NCBI GenBank assembly: GCA_964498005.1
Contig: CAZCFU010000001.1
Coordinates: 9,374 to 73,373, forward strand
Length of the DNA: 64,000 nucleotides
Origin: an uncultured Oscillospiraceae bacterium
GTDB taxonomy: Bacteria; Bacillota; Clostridia; Oscillospirales; Oscillospiraceae
Direction: 5' to 3'
A program made the translations under genes and the position numbers. This document shows, one piece after another, positions 54,957 to 64,000 of this stretch (the stretch's first letter is position 1; each line of letters begins with the position of its first letter). Below the pieces are notes generated by a model that worked only from the letters and a program-made list of their open reading frames with translations, did not search any database and was not told the DNA's origin.

Positions 54957-55807
54957 TCGTGTCGGGGCTGTCCGGGGCGGGCAAGTCCACCGTCATGTCC
55001 ATTTTGGAGGACAGTGGCTTTTTCTGCGTGGACAATCTGCCCCCGGTGCTCATCCCCAAATTTGCCGAGGTGTGTCTGGCCGGCACCGGCTCCTACGAGC
55101 GGGTGGCCATGGTGTGCGACATCCGGGGCGGGGAGAACTTCGACGGCCTGTTCGGGGCGATGGACGCCCTCAAGACCATGAAGTTCCAGTACAAGGTGCT
55201 GTTTGTGGATGCGGACGACGCAACCATCATCAAGCGCTACAAGGAGACCCGCCGCGGCCACCCCCTCATGGGGGAGACGGGCAGCCTGTCCCAGGCGGTG
55301 GAGCGGGAGCGGGCGGCGATGGAGCCGGTGCGGGCCCACGCGGATTACGTCATCACCACCACCTCGCTGCCGGTGCGCAAGCTCCGGGGCCAGGTGCTGG
55401 ATATGTTCGCCCCCAACCGCAAGAGCGCCAATGAGATGAGCGTCACCGTCACCTCCTTCGGCTTCAAGTACGGCCTGCCCCTGGAGGCCGATCTGGTGTT
55501 TGACGTGCGATTTCTGCCCAACCCCTTCTATGTGGAGGAGCTGCGGCCCCAGACCGGGCTGGATCAGGGTGTGGCGGACTATGTGTTCGGCAACCCCACC
55601 GCCCAGGAGCTGATGGAGCAGCTGCGCCGGCTGATGGATTTCCTACTGCCCCACTTTGTGGAGGAGGGCAAGAGCGCCCTGGTCATCGCCGTGGGCTGTA
55701 CCGGCGGGCGGCACCGCTCGGTGGCGGTGACTCGCGCGCTGTGCGAGTACATCCAGGGCCTGGGCTACGCCGCGGGCGAGACCCACCGGGACATGACGAG
55801 GGCGTGA
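54944..55807 (+). CDS. rapZ: RNase adapter RapZ (YvcJ)
   Basis: GLSGAGKS, SFGFKYG, DVRFLPNP, GCTGGRHRSV. Confidence 0.95.
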   Translation: MEFLIVSGLSGAGKSTVMSILEDSGFFCVDNLPPVLIPKFAEVCLAGTGSYERVAMVCDIRGGENFDGLFGAMDALKTMKFQYKVLFVDADDATIIKRYKETRRGHPLMGETGSLSQAVERERAAMEPVRAHADYVITTTSLPVRKLRGQVLDMFAPNRKSANEMSVTVTSFGFKYGLPLEADLVFDVRFLPNPFYVEELRPQTGLDQGVADYVFGNPTAQELMEQLRRLMDFLLPHFVEEGKSALVIAVGCTGGRHRSVAVTRALCEYIQGLGYAAGETHRDMTRA

Positions 55808-55809
55808 CC

Positions 55810-56808
55810 ATGGGGAATCAGAAACGGCATAAAGGGCCCGCCATTGTGGCCCTGGGCGGCGGACACGGCCTGTCCGCCATCTTGAGGGGGCTGAAGCTCC
55901 ATACGGACGATCTGACCGCCATCGTCACCGTGGCGGACGACGGCGGCGGCTCCGGGGTGCTGCGGGAGGATCTGGGGATGCCCCCTCCCGGCGATATCCG
56001 CAACTGCATGGAGGCGCTGGCGGACACCGAGTCGCTGATGCAGCAGCTGCTGGCCTACCGCTTCCCAGACGGACGGCTGGCTGGGCAGGCGTTCGGCAAT
56101 CTGCTGCTGGCGGCGCTGGACGGCATTTCGCCCTCCTTTGACCAGGCGGTGGCCCGGATGAGCGAGGTCCTGGCGATCACGGGACGTATATTGCCCGTGA
56201 CAAATGCCGATGTGCAATTGGAGGCCAGCTTTGAAAACGGCTCCAGTGTGTGCGGGGAGTCCAAGATCTCCGCCGCCAAAAAGGAGCAGAACTGCCGCAT
56301 CCACCACGTCCGTCTGCTGCCGGAGCATACGCCAGCGCTGCCCGCCGCGCTGGACGCCATCCGCCGCGCGGAGGTCATCCTGCTGGGGCCGGGGAGCCTG
56401 TACACCAGCGTGATCCCCAATCTGCTGGTGGACGGCGTCTCGGAGGCCATCGCGGACAGCTCGGCGCTGAAGATTTACGTATGCAATATCATGACCCAGG
56501 ACGGGGAGACGGAGGGCATGACCGCCCAGGATCACGTTTCCGCCCTGCTGGAGCACGGCGGGCCGGGGCTGGTGGACCTGTGCCTGTGCAATTCCGATCC
56601 CATCAGCCGGGAGCTGCTGGAGCGCTATTCCGCCGAGGACGCGGAGCCCATGCGGGTGGACCGCCGGGAGGTGGAGCTGCTGGGCGCGGAGGTGGTCTAC
56701 CGTCCCCTGATGGACATGGACTGCGGCTATGCCCGGCACTCGGGTGTGAAGGTGGCCCAGGCGGTGGTGGATCTGTACCAGCAGAGGGCTGATACCAAGA
56801 TTTTTTAA
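55810..56808 (+). CDS. yvcK: Gluconeogenesis factor YvcK/GlmR
   Basis: GGGHG, TVADDGGGSG, PPGDIRN, GPGSLYTS. Confidence 0.93.
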   Translation: MGNQKRHKGPAIVALGGGHGLSAILRGLKLHTDDLTAIVTVADDGGGSGVLREDLGMPPPGDIRNCMEALADTESLMQQLLAYRFPDGRLAGQAFGNLLLAALDGISPSFDQAVARMSEVLAITGRILPVTNADVQLEASFENGSSVCGESKISAAKKEQNCRIHHVRLLPEHTPALPAALDAIRRAEVILLGPGSLYTSVIPNLLVDGVSEAIADSSALKIYVCNIMTQDGETEGMTAQDHVSALLEHGGPGLVDLCLCNSDPISRELLERYSAEDAEPMRVDRREVELLGAEVVYRPLMDMDCGYARHSGVKVAQAVVDLYQQRADTKIF

Positions 56809-56821
56809 GGAGTGAGAGACC

Positions 56822-57736
56822 GTGGCCTTTTCCGCCGACGTGAAGCAAGAGCTTTGCCGTCCGGCCGTGAGCCGCCGGTGCTGCGCCCAAGCGGAGGCCT
56901 ACGGCGTGCTGTTGTTCTGCGGCGCGTTCCACCCCCGTCAGGCCCGGATCGTCACGGAGAGCCCGGCGTTGAAGGAGCGGCTTCCCGCACTGTTCCGGAA
57001 GGCGTTCAAGGTGTCCTTTGACCAGACCCCCGAGCCGGGGGAGGGGAAGGGCGCGTTCCTGATTGAAAGCCCGGCAAAATTGAAGGCAATTTTTGACGCC
57101 TTTGATCTGGAGTGGGACGGCGCGGTGTCCCTGCACATCAATCTGGCCATGCTGGAGGAGGAACACTGCCGCACCGCCTTTCTCCGGGGGGCGTTTTTGG
57201 CGGGGGGCTCGGTGACTGATCCCATGAAGGGGTATCACCTGGAGCTGGCCACCTCCCACTACCATGTGGGCCGGGAGCTGCCCGCCCTGCTGCGGGAGGC
57301 GGGCTTCGAGCCCAAGGAGACCGACCGCAAGGGGAACCATGTGATATACTTCAAACAGTCTGACCACATTGAGGATTTCCTAACCTTCCTGGGGGCCCCG
57401 GTGTCCGCCATGGCGGTGATGTCCGCCAAGATCGAGCGGGATATCCGGGGCAGCGTCAACCGCCAGGTGAACTGCGACAGCGCCAATCTGGACAAGACGG
57501 TGGCGGCGGCAAGGGAGCAGCTGGCCGCCATTGAGCGCTTACAGGAGTCCGGGCGGCTGGATGCTCTGCCGGACAAGCTCAAGGAGGCGGCGCGGCTGCG
57601 GCTGGAGAACCCGGAGCTGAACCTGAACCAGCTGGGGGCGCTGTGTGAGCCGGCGGTGAGCAAGTCGGCCTTTAACCACCGGATGCGCAAGTTGATGGAG
57701 CTGGCGGAGACAGAGAAAGGAGACGGGACTGGATGA
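56822..57736 (+). CDS. whiA: DNA-binding protein WhiA
   Basis: LRGAFLAGGSVTDP..YHLE, NRQVNCDSANLDK, SKSAFNHRMRK; rapZ-yvcK-whiA synteny. Confidence 0.94.
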   Translation: MAFSADVKQELCRPAVSRRCCAQAEAYGVLLFCGAFHPRQARIVTESPALKERLPALFRKAFKVSFDQTPEPGEGKGAFLIESPAKLKAIFDAFDLEWDGAVSLHINLAMLEEEHCRTAFLRGAFLAGGSVTDPMKGYHLELATSHYHVGRELPALLREAGFEPKETDRKGNHVIYFKQSDHIEDFLTFLGAPVSAMAVMSAKIERDIRGSVNRQVNCDSANLDKTVAAAREQLAAIERLQESGRLDALPDKLKEAARLRLENPELNLNQLGALCEPAVSKSAFNHRMRKLMELAETEKGDGTG

Positions 57737-58065
57737 AACAGAAACGGAGCCTCCGGGAATGGCTCAGACTGCACGACCAGGCCGGAGCCTTGGCTTTGAT
57801 CGGGATACCCATTCTCGTTCTTTTGATAGGCGGGCTGACGCACAGCGGAGCTGTAACGGCGGGCGCAGCGCTTCTTTGGGTCATGGTATGGGGATTTGTG
57901 ATGAGCAGCCGCTGGGAAAAGCTGCGCTGTCCTCATTGCGGCAAGCTTCTCTTTAAAAATGTGAATCTCATGAAAAAAGCCAGAATCAAACGTGCAGATA
58001 CGGCGGATTGGATCTGCCGTGGCTGCGGCCAATGCGTCAATCTTGACGCCCCCACTGATCCATAA
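57733..58065 (+). CDS. Hypothetical membrane protein with zinc ribbon
   Basis: Two TM segments, CPHCG...CRGCG; ATGA overlap with whiA. Confidence 0.55.
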   Translation: MKQKRSLREWLRLHDQAGALALIGIPILVLLIGGLTHSGAVTAGAALLWVMVWGFVMSSRWEKLRCPHCGKLLFKNVNLMKKARIKRADTADWICRGCGQCVNLDAPTDP

Positions 58066-58105
58066 CTGCCCGAAATTTATCGGTTTTAGTTTCGGAGGTA
58101 TACCC

Positions 58106-61100
58106 ATGTCATTCACCCATTTACATCTGCATACGGAATATTCTCTTCTGGACGGGGCCTGCCGCATCAGCCAGCTGGTGGATCGGGTGAAGGAGCTGGG
58201 CCAGTCCGCCGTGGCAATCACCGACCACGGGGTCATGTACGGCGTCATCGACTTTTACCGGGCCTGCAAGGCGGCGGGGATCAAGCCGATTATCGGCTGT
58301 GAGGTCTACGTGGCTCCAAGAACTCGATTTGATCGAGTTCATGAACTGGACGGCTCCGCGCGGCACCTGGTGCTGCTGTGCCGCAATGAGCAGGGCTACC
58401 GCAACCTGAGCTACATGGTGTCCATGGCTTTCACCGAGGGCTTTTACATCAAGCCCCGCATTGACATGGATTTGCTCCGGGAGCACCACGAGGGCCTCAT
58501 CGCCATGTCTGCCTGTCTGGCGGGGGAGATCCCCCGCCGCCTGCGCAATGGCGACTATGAGGGCGCGAAGGCTCACGCCCTGGAAATGCGGGAGCTGTTC
58601 GGCGAGGACGGCTACTACCTGGAGATCCAGGATCACAAAATCCCCGAGCAGCAGACTGTTATCGCGGGCATCATGCGGCTGAGCCGGGAGACCGGCATCC
58701 CCATGGTGGCCACCAACGACTGCCACTACCTCACCCGGGAGGACGCCGCCATGCAGGACGTGCTCATGTGCGTCCAGATGGGCAAGCTGGTGGAGGACGA
58801 CGACCGGATGAAGTTCGAGACGGACGAGTTCTACGTCAAGAGCGAGGAGGAAATGCGCGCCCTGTTCCCCAACTGCCCCGAGGCAATCGACAACACGCAG
58901 AAAATCGTGGACGCCTGCAATGTGGAGTTTGAGTTCGGCAAGTACCACCTGCCCGAGTTCAAGCTGCCCGAGGGGGAGACGGACGGGGACGCTTACTTCG
59001 AGAAGCTGTGCTGGAAGGGCTTCTCCCAGCGCTACCCTAACGGCGGCGAGGATTTGAAAGACCGCCTGCGCATGGAGATGGGGGTCATCCGGCAGATGGG
59101 GTTTGTGGACTACTTTCTCATCGTGTCCGACTTCATCGGCTACGCCAAGGAGAACGGCATCCCGGTGGGGCCGGGGCGCGGCTCCGGGGCGGGCTCCATG
59201 GTGGCCTACTGCCTGCGCATCACCGATGTGGATCCCATCAAATACTCGCTGATCTTCGAACGCTTTTTGAACCCCGAGCGGGTGACCATGCCCGATATCG
59301 ACATCGACTTCTGCATCCGGCGGCGGCAGGAGGTCATTGACTATGTGTCCCGGAAGTACGGCGAGGATCACGTGGTGCAGATCGTCACCTTCGGCACCAT
59401 GAAGGCCAAGGCCGCCATCCGGGACGTGGGGCGGGTGCTGAATGTTCCCTATTCCGAGGTGGACAACATCGCCAAGCAGGTGCCCTTTGACCCCAAAATG
59501 ACCCTGGACAAGGCGCTGGTGCTGTCCAAGGGGTTCTCCGACCTCTACAACGGGGACGAGCGGGTGAAAGAGCTGGTGGACATGGCCCGGAAGATCGAGG
59601 GGATGCCCCGCAACGCCTCCACCCACGCGGCGGGGGTGGTCATCACCAAGCGCCCGGTGTACGAGTACGTCCCCCTGGCCACCAACGACGGCCAGCCCGT
59701 CACCCAGTACACCATGGTGACCATCGAGGAGCTGGGCCTGCTGAAGATGGACTTCCTGGGCCTGCGCAACCTGACCGTGCTGGACGACGCGGTGAAGATG
59801 GTGCAGAAGGAAATTCCCGGCTTCAGGCTAGAGGACATCCCGGACGACGACATGGAGGTCTACCAGATGCTGTCCGACGGGCGCACTTCCGGCGTGTTCC
59901 AGATGGAGTCCCAGGGCATGACCGGCGTGTGCGTGGGCCTCAAGCCCAAGAGCATTGAGGATATCTGCGCCATCATCGCCCTGTACCGCCCCGGGCCCAT
60001 GGACTCCATCCCCAAGTTCCTGGCCTGCGCCCAGGATCCAAAGCTGGTCACCTACAAGCACCCCTCCCTGGAGCCCATTTTGGCCAACACCTACGGCTGC
60101 ATCGTCTACCAGGAGCAGGTCATCGAGATCTTCCGCAAGCTGGCGGGCTACTCCCTGGGCCAGGCGGACATGGTGCGCCGGGCCATGAGCAAGAAGAAGG
60201 AGAAGGACGTCCAGCGGGAGCGGGGCACCTTCATCCACGGCGACCCCGCCCGGAATATCCCTGGCTGCGAGGCCAATGGCATCCCCGAGGCGGTGGCCCA
60301 GTCCATCTATGACGAGATCAACGACTTCGCCCACTACGCCTTCAACAAGTCCCACTCCCTGGCCTACGCCATCGTGGCCTACCAGACGGCCTGGTTCAAA
60401 TACCGCCACCCCCGGGAGTACATGGCGGCCCTGCTCACCTCTGTGCTGGACTCCCAGGACAAGGTGGCGGAGTACATTGCCGAATGCAAGGAAAACGGCA
60501 TCGCCCTGCTGCCGCCGGATATCAACGAGTCGGGCGCGGCTTTCACCGTGTCCGGGCCCAACATCCGCTTCGGGCTGGCGGCGCTGAAGGGGGTGGGCGT
60601 GGGCTTTACCAACACGGTGCTGGCCGAGCGGGAGAAAGGCGGGCCCTTTGCCTCCTTCCCGGAGTTCTGCGCCCGGATGTACGACGGCGATTTGAACAAG
60701 CGGGTGCTGGACAGCCTGATCCGCTCGGGCTGCTTTGACAGCATGGGCTGCCGCCGCTCCCAGCTGATGAAGGTGTATGAGCAGGTGGTGGACTCCGTCG
60801 CCCGGGATCGCAAAAAGAACCTGGAGGGCCAGTTCGACCTGTTCGGCGGGGGCGGGGAGAGCGTCTCCGTGCCTACGGTCACTCTGCCCGACATCCCGGA
60901 GTTTTCCCCGGTGGAGCTGATGGCCATGGAGAAGGAGACCACCGGGCTGTATCTGTCCGGCCACCCCATGGACGAGTACCGCAGGCAGGCCCAAAAGCAT
61001 GGGGCGGTGTCCATCGCGGCCGTCATGACAAGCGGCGGGGAAGAGGACAGGCCCTCCCCCTATGGAGACGGCCAGCGGGTGACGCTGGCGGGGGTGGTGG

Positions 61101-61558
61101 CGTCGGTGCGAACCAAGACCACCAAGAACAATTCCCTTATGGCCTACGTCATGCTGGAGGACGCCACCGGGGCCATCGAGCTGCTGTGCTTTTCCCGTAC
61201 GCTGACGGAGAGCGGGGCCTACTTGAAGGTGAATCTGCCCGTAGTGGTGACAGGCCGGGTGTCCGTCCGGGATGAGAAGGCCCCCCAGCTCATGGTGGAT
61301 CGAGTGACCCCTCTGTCCGGCGCGGGAAAATCCGCTCAGGCGGGGGATCAGGTGCTGTGGATCCGCCTGCCCGACGGAGGGGAGACATTTACCTGGCTGA
61401 AAAAGCTGCTGAATATGTTCCCCGGCGATTCCCGCGCCATTGTCTATCTGGCGGATCAGAAGAGGAAGCTCCAGACCCACTGCGTCCACCATGAGGCGCT
61501 GTTGGCCGAGCTGCGGGAGACGCTGGGGGAGGAGAGTGTGGTGCTGAAAGCCACATGA
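58106..61558 (+). CDS. dnaE: DNA polymerase III alpha subunit
   Basis: HLHLHTEYSLLDG PHP domain, GRGSGAGS, PDIDIDF, YAFNKSH. Confidence 0.97.
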   Translation: MSFTHLHLHTEYSLLDGACRISQLVDRVKELGQSAVAITDHGVMYGVIDFYRACKAAGIKPIIGCEVYVAPRTRFDRVHELDGSARHLVLLCRNEQGYRNLSYMVSMAFTEGFYIKPRIDMDLLREHHEGLIAMSACLAGEIPRRLRNGDYEGAKAHALEMRELFGEDGYYLEIQDHKIPEQQTVIAGIMRLSRETGIPMVATNDCHYLTREDAAMQDVLMCVQMGKLVEDDDRMKFETDEFYVKSEEEMRALFPNCPEAIDNTQKIVDACNVEFEFGKYHLPEFKLPEGETDGDAYFEKLCWKGFSQRYPNGGEDLKDRLRMEMGVIRQMGFVDYFLIVSDFIGYAKENGIPVGPGRGSGAGSMVAYCLRITDVDPIKYSLIFERFLNPERVTMPDIDIDFCIRRRQEVIDYVSRKYGEDHVVQIVTFGTMKAKAAIRDVGRVLNVPYSEVDNIAKQVPFDPKMTLDKALVLSKGFSDLYNGDERVKELVDMARKIEGMPRNASTHAAGVVITKRPVYEYVPLATNDGQPVTQYTMVTIEELGLLKMDFLGLRNLTVLDDAVKMVQKEIPGFRLEDIPDDDMEVYQMLSDGRTSGVFQMESQGMTGVCVGLKPKSIEDICAIIALYRPGPMDSIPKFLACAQDPKLVTYKHPSLEPILANTYGCIVYQEQVIEIFRKLAGYSLGQADMVRRAMSKKKEKDVQRERGTFIHGDPARNIPGCEANGIPEAVAQSIYDEINDFAHYAFNKSHSLAYAIVAYQTAWFKYRHPREYMAALLTSVLDSQDKVAEYIAECKENGIALLPPDINESGAAFTVSGPNIRFGLAALKGVGVGFTNTVLAEREKGGPFASFPEFCARMYDGDLNKRVLDSLIRSGCFDSMGCRRSQLMKVYEQVVDSVARDRKKNLEGQFDLFGGGGESVSVPTVTLPDIPEFSPVELMAMEKETTGLYLSGHPMDEYRRQAQKHGAVSIAAVMTSGGEEDRPSPYGDGQRVTLAGVVASVRTKTTKNNSLMAYVMLEDATGAIELLCFSRTLTESGAYLKVNLPVVVTGRVSVRDEKAPQLMVDRVTPLSGAGKSAQAGDQVLWIRLPDGGETFTWLKKLLNMFPGDSRAIVYLADQKRKLQTHCVHHEALLAELRETLGEESVVLKAT

Positions 61559-61582
61559 GATCGAGATTTCTAAGGTGAGACT

Positions 61583-63139
61583 ATGCAGGCAAGGGAAAGA
61601 GTTTTAGGCAGGATCGGAAAGGTGCTGTTCCACCGCCTGGGCATTGTGGCGATACTCATTATTGCGCAGATCGCCCTGTATGTCACGGGGTTGGTGGTGC
61701 TGCGGGACAGCCCGTACTACAAGCCGGTGGAGTGGCTGTTTATCGTGCTGTCGGTGCTGGCGGCCATGTGGATCGTGGGAAACAAGAGCAATCCGGGCTA
61801 TAAGATCGGCTGGCTCATCATCGTGCTGGGGCTGATGCCCTTCGGCTCCCTGGCCTATCTGCTGTTGGGCGGCAATCATCTGTCCGCCTTCAACCAGCGC
61901 CGTCTGCGCTCCATGGAGCGGAAGATCCGCAAGAACCTGGGGGCGGAGTGCGGCCGGTCAGCCTCCCTGGGGGAGCTGATGGGGGAGGACGCGGCCTGTA
62001 TGGCCCATTATCTGGAGCGCACCACCCACTGCCCCGTGTATGGCAACACCCGCACCAAGTACTATCCCCTGGGCGACGACTGCTACGACGATATCCTGTC
62101 CGCCCTGCGGACGGCGGAGCGATATATCTTCATCGAGTACTTCATCATTGAAGAGGGTAAGCTGTGGAACTCCATTCTGGATATCCTGAAGGAGAAGGTC
62201 AAGCAGGGGGTGGAGGTCCGGGTCATCTATGACGACATCGGCTCCATCGCCACGCTGCCCTCGGACTACCCCGCGAAGCTGGAGAAGCTGGGGGTGCACT
62301 GCCGGGTGTTCAACCGCGTTCTGCCGGTGGTGTCCCTGCGGCAGAACAACCGGGACCACCGCAAGTATATGATCATCGACGGCCGGGTGGCCTTTACTGG
62401 GGGCATCAACATGGCGGACGAGTACATCAACGTCAAGCCCCGGTTCGGCCACTGGAAGGACTCCGCCATCCGGCTGGAGGGGGACGCGGTGTGGTCTATG
62501 ACGGTGTCCTTCCTGTCCATGTGGGACTTCACCCACAGCGAGGGGGAGCACTTCACCCCCTTCCGGCCCGCTCCCGCCCACGGCGGCACCGTGGGCTATG
62601 TGCAGCCCTACCACGACTGCCCCTGGGACAATGAGCCGGTGGGCCAGTCGGTGTATCTGAACCTGATCTACCGGGCCAAGCGGTACGTGTATATCACCAC
62701 GCCGTACCTGGTCATCGACTACTCGCTGACCATGGCGCTGGCCACCGCCGCCAAATCCGGGGTGGACGTGCGCATCATCACCCCCCACATCCCGGACAAA
62801 AAGACGGTGTTCGAGATGACCCGCGCCTACTATGAGGAGCTGCTGGAGGCGGGGGTGCAGATCTTTGAGTACACGCCGGGGTTCATCCACTCCAAGAACT
62901 TCATCGTGGACGACCGCTTTGCCACCGTGGGGACGGTGAACCTGGATTACCGCAGTATGTTCCTCCACTTTGAAAACGGCGTGCTGCTCTACGAGACGCC
63001 GTCGGTGGCCGACATCCGGGAGGACTTCCTGGACACCCAGACCAAGAGCCTGATGGTCACGCTGGAGGACTGCCGTTCCGTGTCCCTGCCCCGCAGGCTG
63101 TTCCGGGATCTGCTGCGGCTGTTCGCGCCGCTGCTGTAA
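61583..63139 (+). CDS. cls: Cardiolipin synthase
   Basis: N-terminal TMs, two HKD motifs (HRKYMIID, HSKNFIVD). Confidence 0.93.
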   Translation: MQARERVLGRIGKVLFHRLGIVAILIIAQIALYVTGLVVLRDSPYYKPVEWLFIVLSVLAAMWIVGNKSNPGYKIGWLIIVLGLMPFGSLAYLLLGGNHLSAFNQRRLRSMERKIRKNLGAECGRSASLGELMGEDAACMAHYLERTTHCPVYGNTRTKYYPLGDDCYDDILSALRTAERYIFIEYFIIEEGKLWNSILDILKEKVKQGVEVRVIYDDIGSIATLPSDYPAKLEKLGVHCRVFNRVLPVVSLRQNNRDHRKYMIIDGRVAFTGGINMADEYINVKPRFGHWKDSAIRLEGDAVWSMTVSFLSMWDFTHSEGEHFTPFRPAPAHGGTVGYVQPYHDCPWDNEPVGQSVYLNLIYRAKRYVYITTPYLVIDYSLTMALATAAKSGVDVRIITPHIPDKKTVFEMTRAYYEELLEAGVQIFEYTPGFIHSKNFIVDDRFATVGTVNLDYRSMFLHFENGVLLYETPSVADIREDFLDTQTKSLMVTLEDCRSVSLPRRLFRDLLRLFAPLL

Positions 63140-63141
63140 AG

Positions 63142-63174
63142 AAAGCGGGGAGCCGCCAGGCTCCCTGCTTTTTT
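63142..63174 (+). terminator. Rho-independent terminator after cls
   Basis: AAAGCGGGGAGCC...GGCTCCCTGCTTTTTT. Confidence 0.7.
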
Positions 63175-63572
63175 CATACTCCCCGGCGCCCACGCCCCGG
63201 CCATGGCGGGCCGCCTGTTCTGAGCAAACCCAAAAAACGGCTTGCGTCTTTGGCGCAAATGGTGTAGAATAGTGGAACCGAGGCAAATAAAAGGCAGGGC
63301 GTGAGGGATTGCCGTCCCCCACGCCCCTATGCGGGAGCACACTCCTCCCACACAATAGCAATATGCTACGCCAACCCCATTATAACGGTTTTCCCTATCT
63401 TATTCAAGGGCCGTTTTGGGGCTTTGTGTCTATGCGTGTTACGCGGTGTGGGGTTTTTATATCCCGCGCCGCTTTCTGTTTGCCTCGATGGAGCGGCCCA
63501 ACAGCGGGGGCGGGGGGATCTCCCGCCCCCTGGGCTGAACCATTGAGACAAAAAGAACATGGAGGAATCGCA

Positions 63573-64000
63573 GTGAAAAAAAGAGTATCATGTCTGTGTC
63601 TGGCCTTGCTGCTGCTCCTGTCCCTCGCGGCCTGCGGCAAGCAGGCGGAGGAGCGGGACAGCACCCCGCCCACGGCCAGCGTCCAGCCCACCCCCGAGCC
63701 CACGCCCACCCCGACCCCGCCGCCCATCCCCTACACCGACGTGCCCGAGGACGCGCCTTACTATGACGCGGTGGTGTGGGCCTATGAGAGTGGCATCGCG
63801 TCCGATGGCGATACCTTTGAGCCGGATTCCGTCTGTAGCCGAGGACAGGTCATCACCTTCCTCTGGCGGGCCATGGGTTCCCCCGAGCCACAGATCACAG
63901 AAACCCCCGTCAGCGATGTTGTCCCTTCCAACTGGTTCTACAAGCCTGTTTTGTGGGCCTATGAGAGCGGCATTTCCACCAGTTCCGCGTTCAAGCCCAA
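63573..64000 (+). CDS. SLH-domain lipoprotein, 3'-truncated by window edge
   Basis: GGAGG RBS, LAAC lipobox, PT linker, YTDVP..YYDAVVWAY...RGQVITFLWR SLH repeats. Confidence 0.85.
   Translation, partial: MKKRVSCLCLALLLLLSLAACGKQAEERDSTPPTASVQPTPEPTPTPTPPPIPYTDVPEDAPYYDAVVWAYESGIASDGDTFEPDSVCSRGQVITFLWRAMGSPEPQITETPVSDVVPSNWFYKPVLWAYESGISTSSAFKP

Noticed and set aside
63175..63560. Riboswitch/ncRNA in the cls-SLH intergenic region
   Set aside because: Some hairpins and a possible promoter, but no motif I can assign

Overview
GC-rich Firmicute (Clostridia, probably Oscillospiraceae-like; inferred from gene content) chromosomal window. Left flank: priA(partial)-def-fmt-rsmB-rlmN-stp-pknB-rsgA-spoVM. 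Right flank: murB-rapZ-yvcK-whiA-hyp-dnaE-cls-SLH lipoprotein(partial). Between them is an apparently complete ~43.9-kb contractile-tailed prophage (9080-53008), inserted by a large serine recombinase at a GA dinucleotide inside a Cys-rich host gene that has a sigmaK-like promoter. Precise excision would rebuild an in-frame 276-aa protein (...DSCR|DKDCVE...), as in skin/SPbeta-type developmental gene rearrangement. The prophage also carries: a type III TA (ToxN/AbiQ) locus with heterogeneous pseudoknot repeats; a DUF4160-like gene pair; a LexA-box-controlled small ORF converging on a non-cleavable CI; a voltage-gated K+ channel moron; several predicted cis-antisense sRNAs; a dispersed palindrome with one copy inside the DUF3102-like gene; an HUH rolling-circle Rep; two non-canonical tRNA-like elements before the terminase; a TAC -1 frameshift; and an endolysin with internal starts. 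All family assignments come from motif recognition by eye, not database searches.
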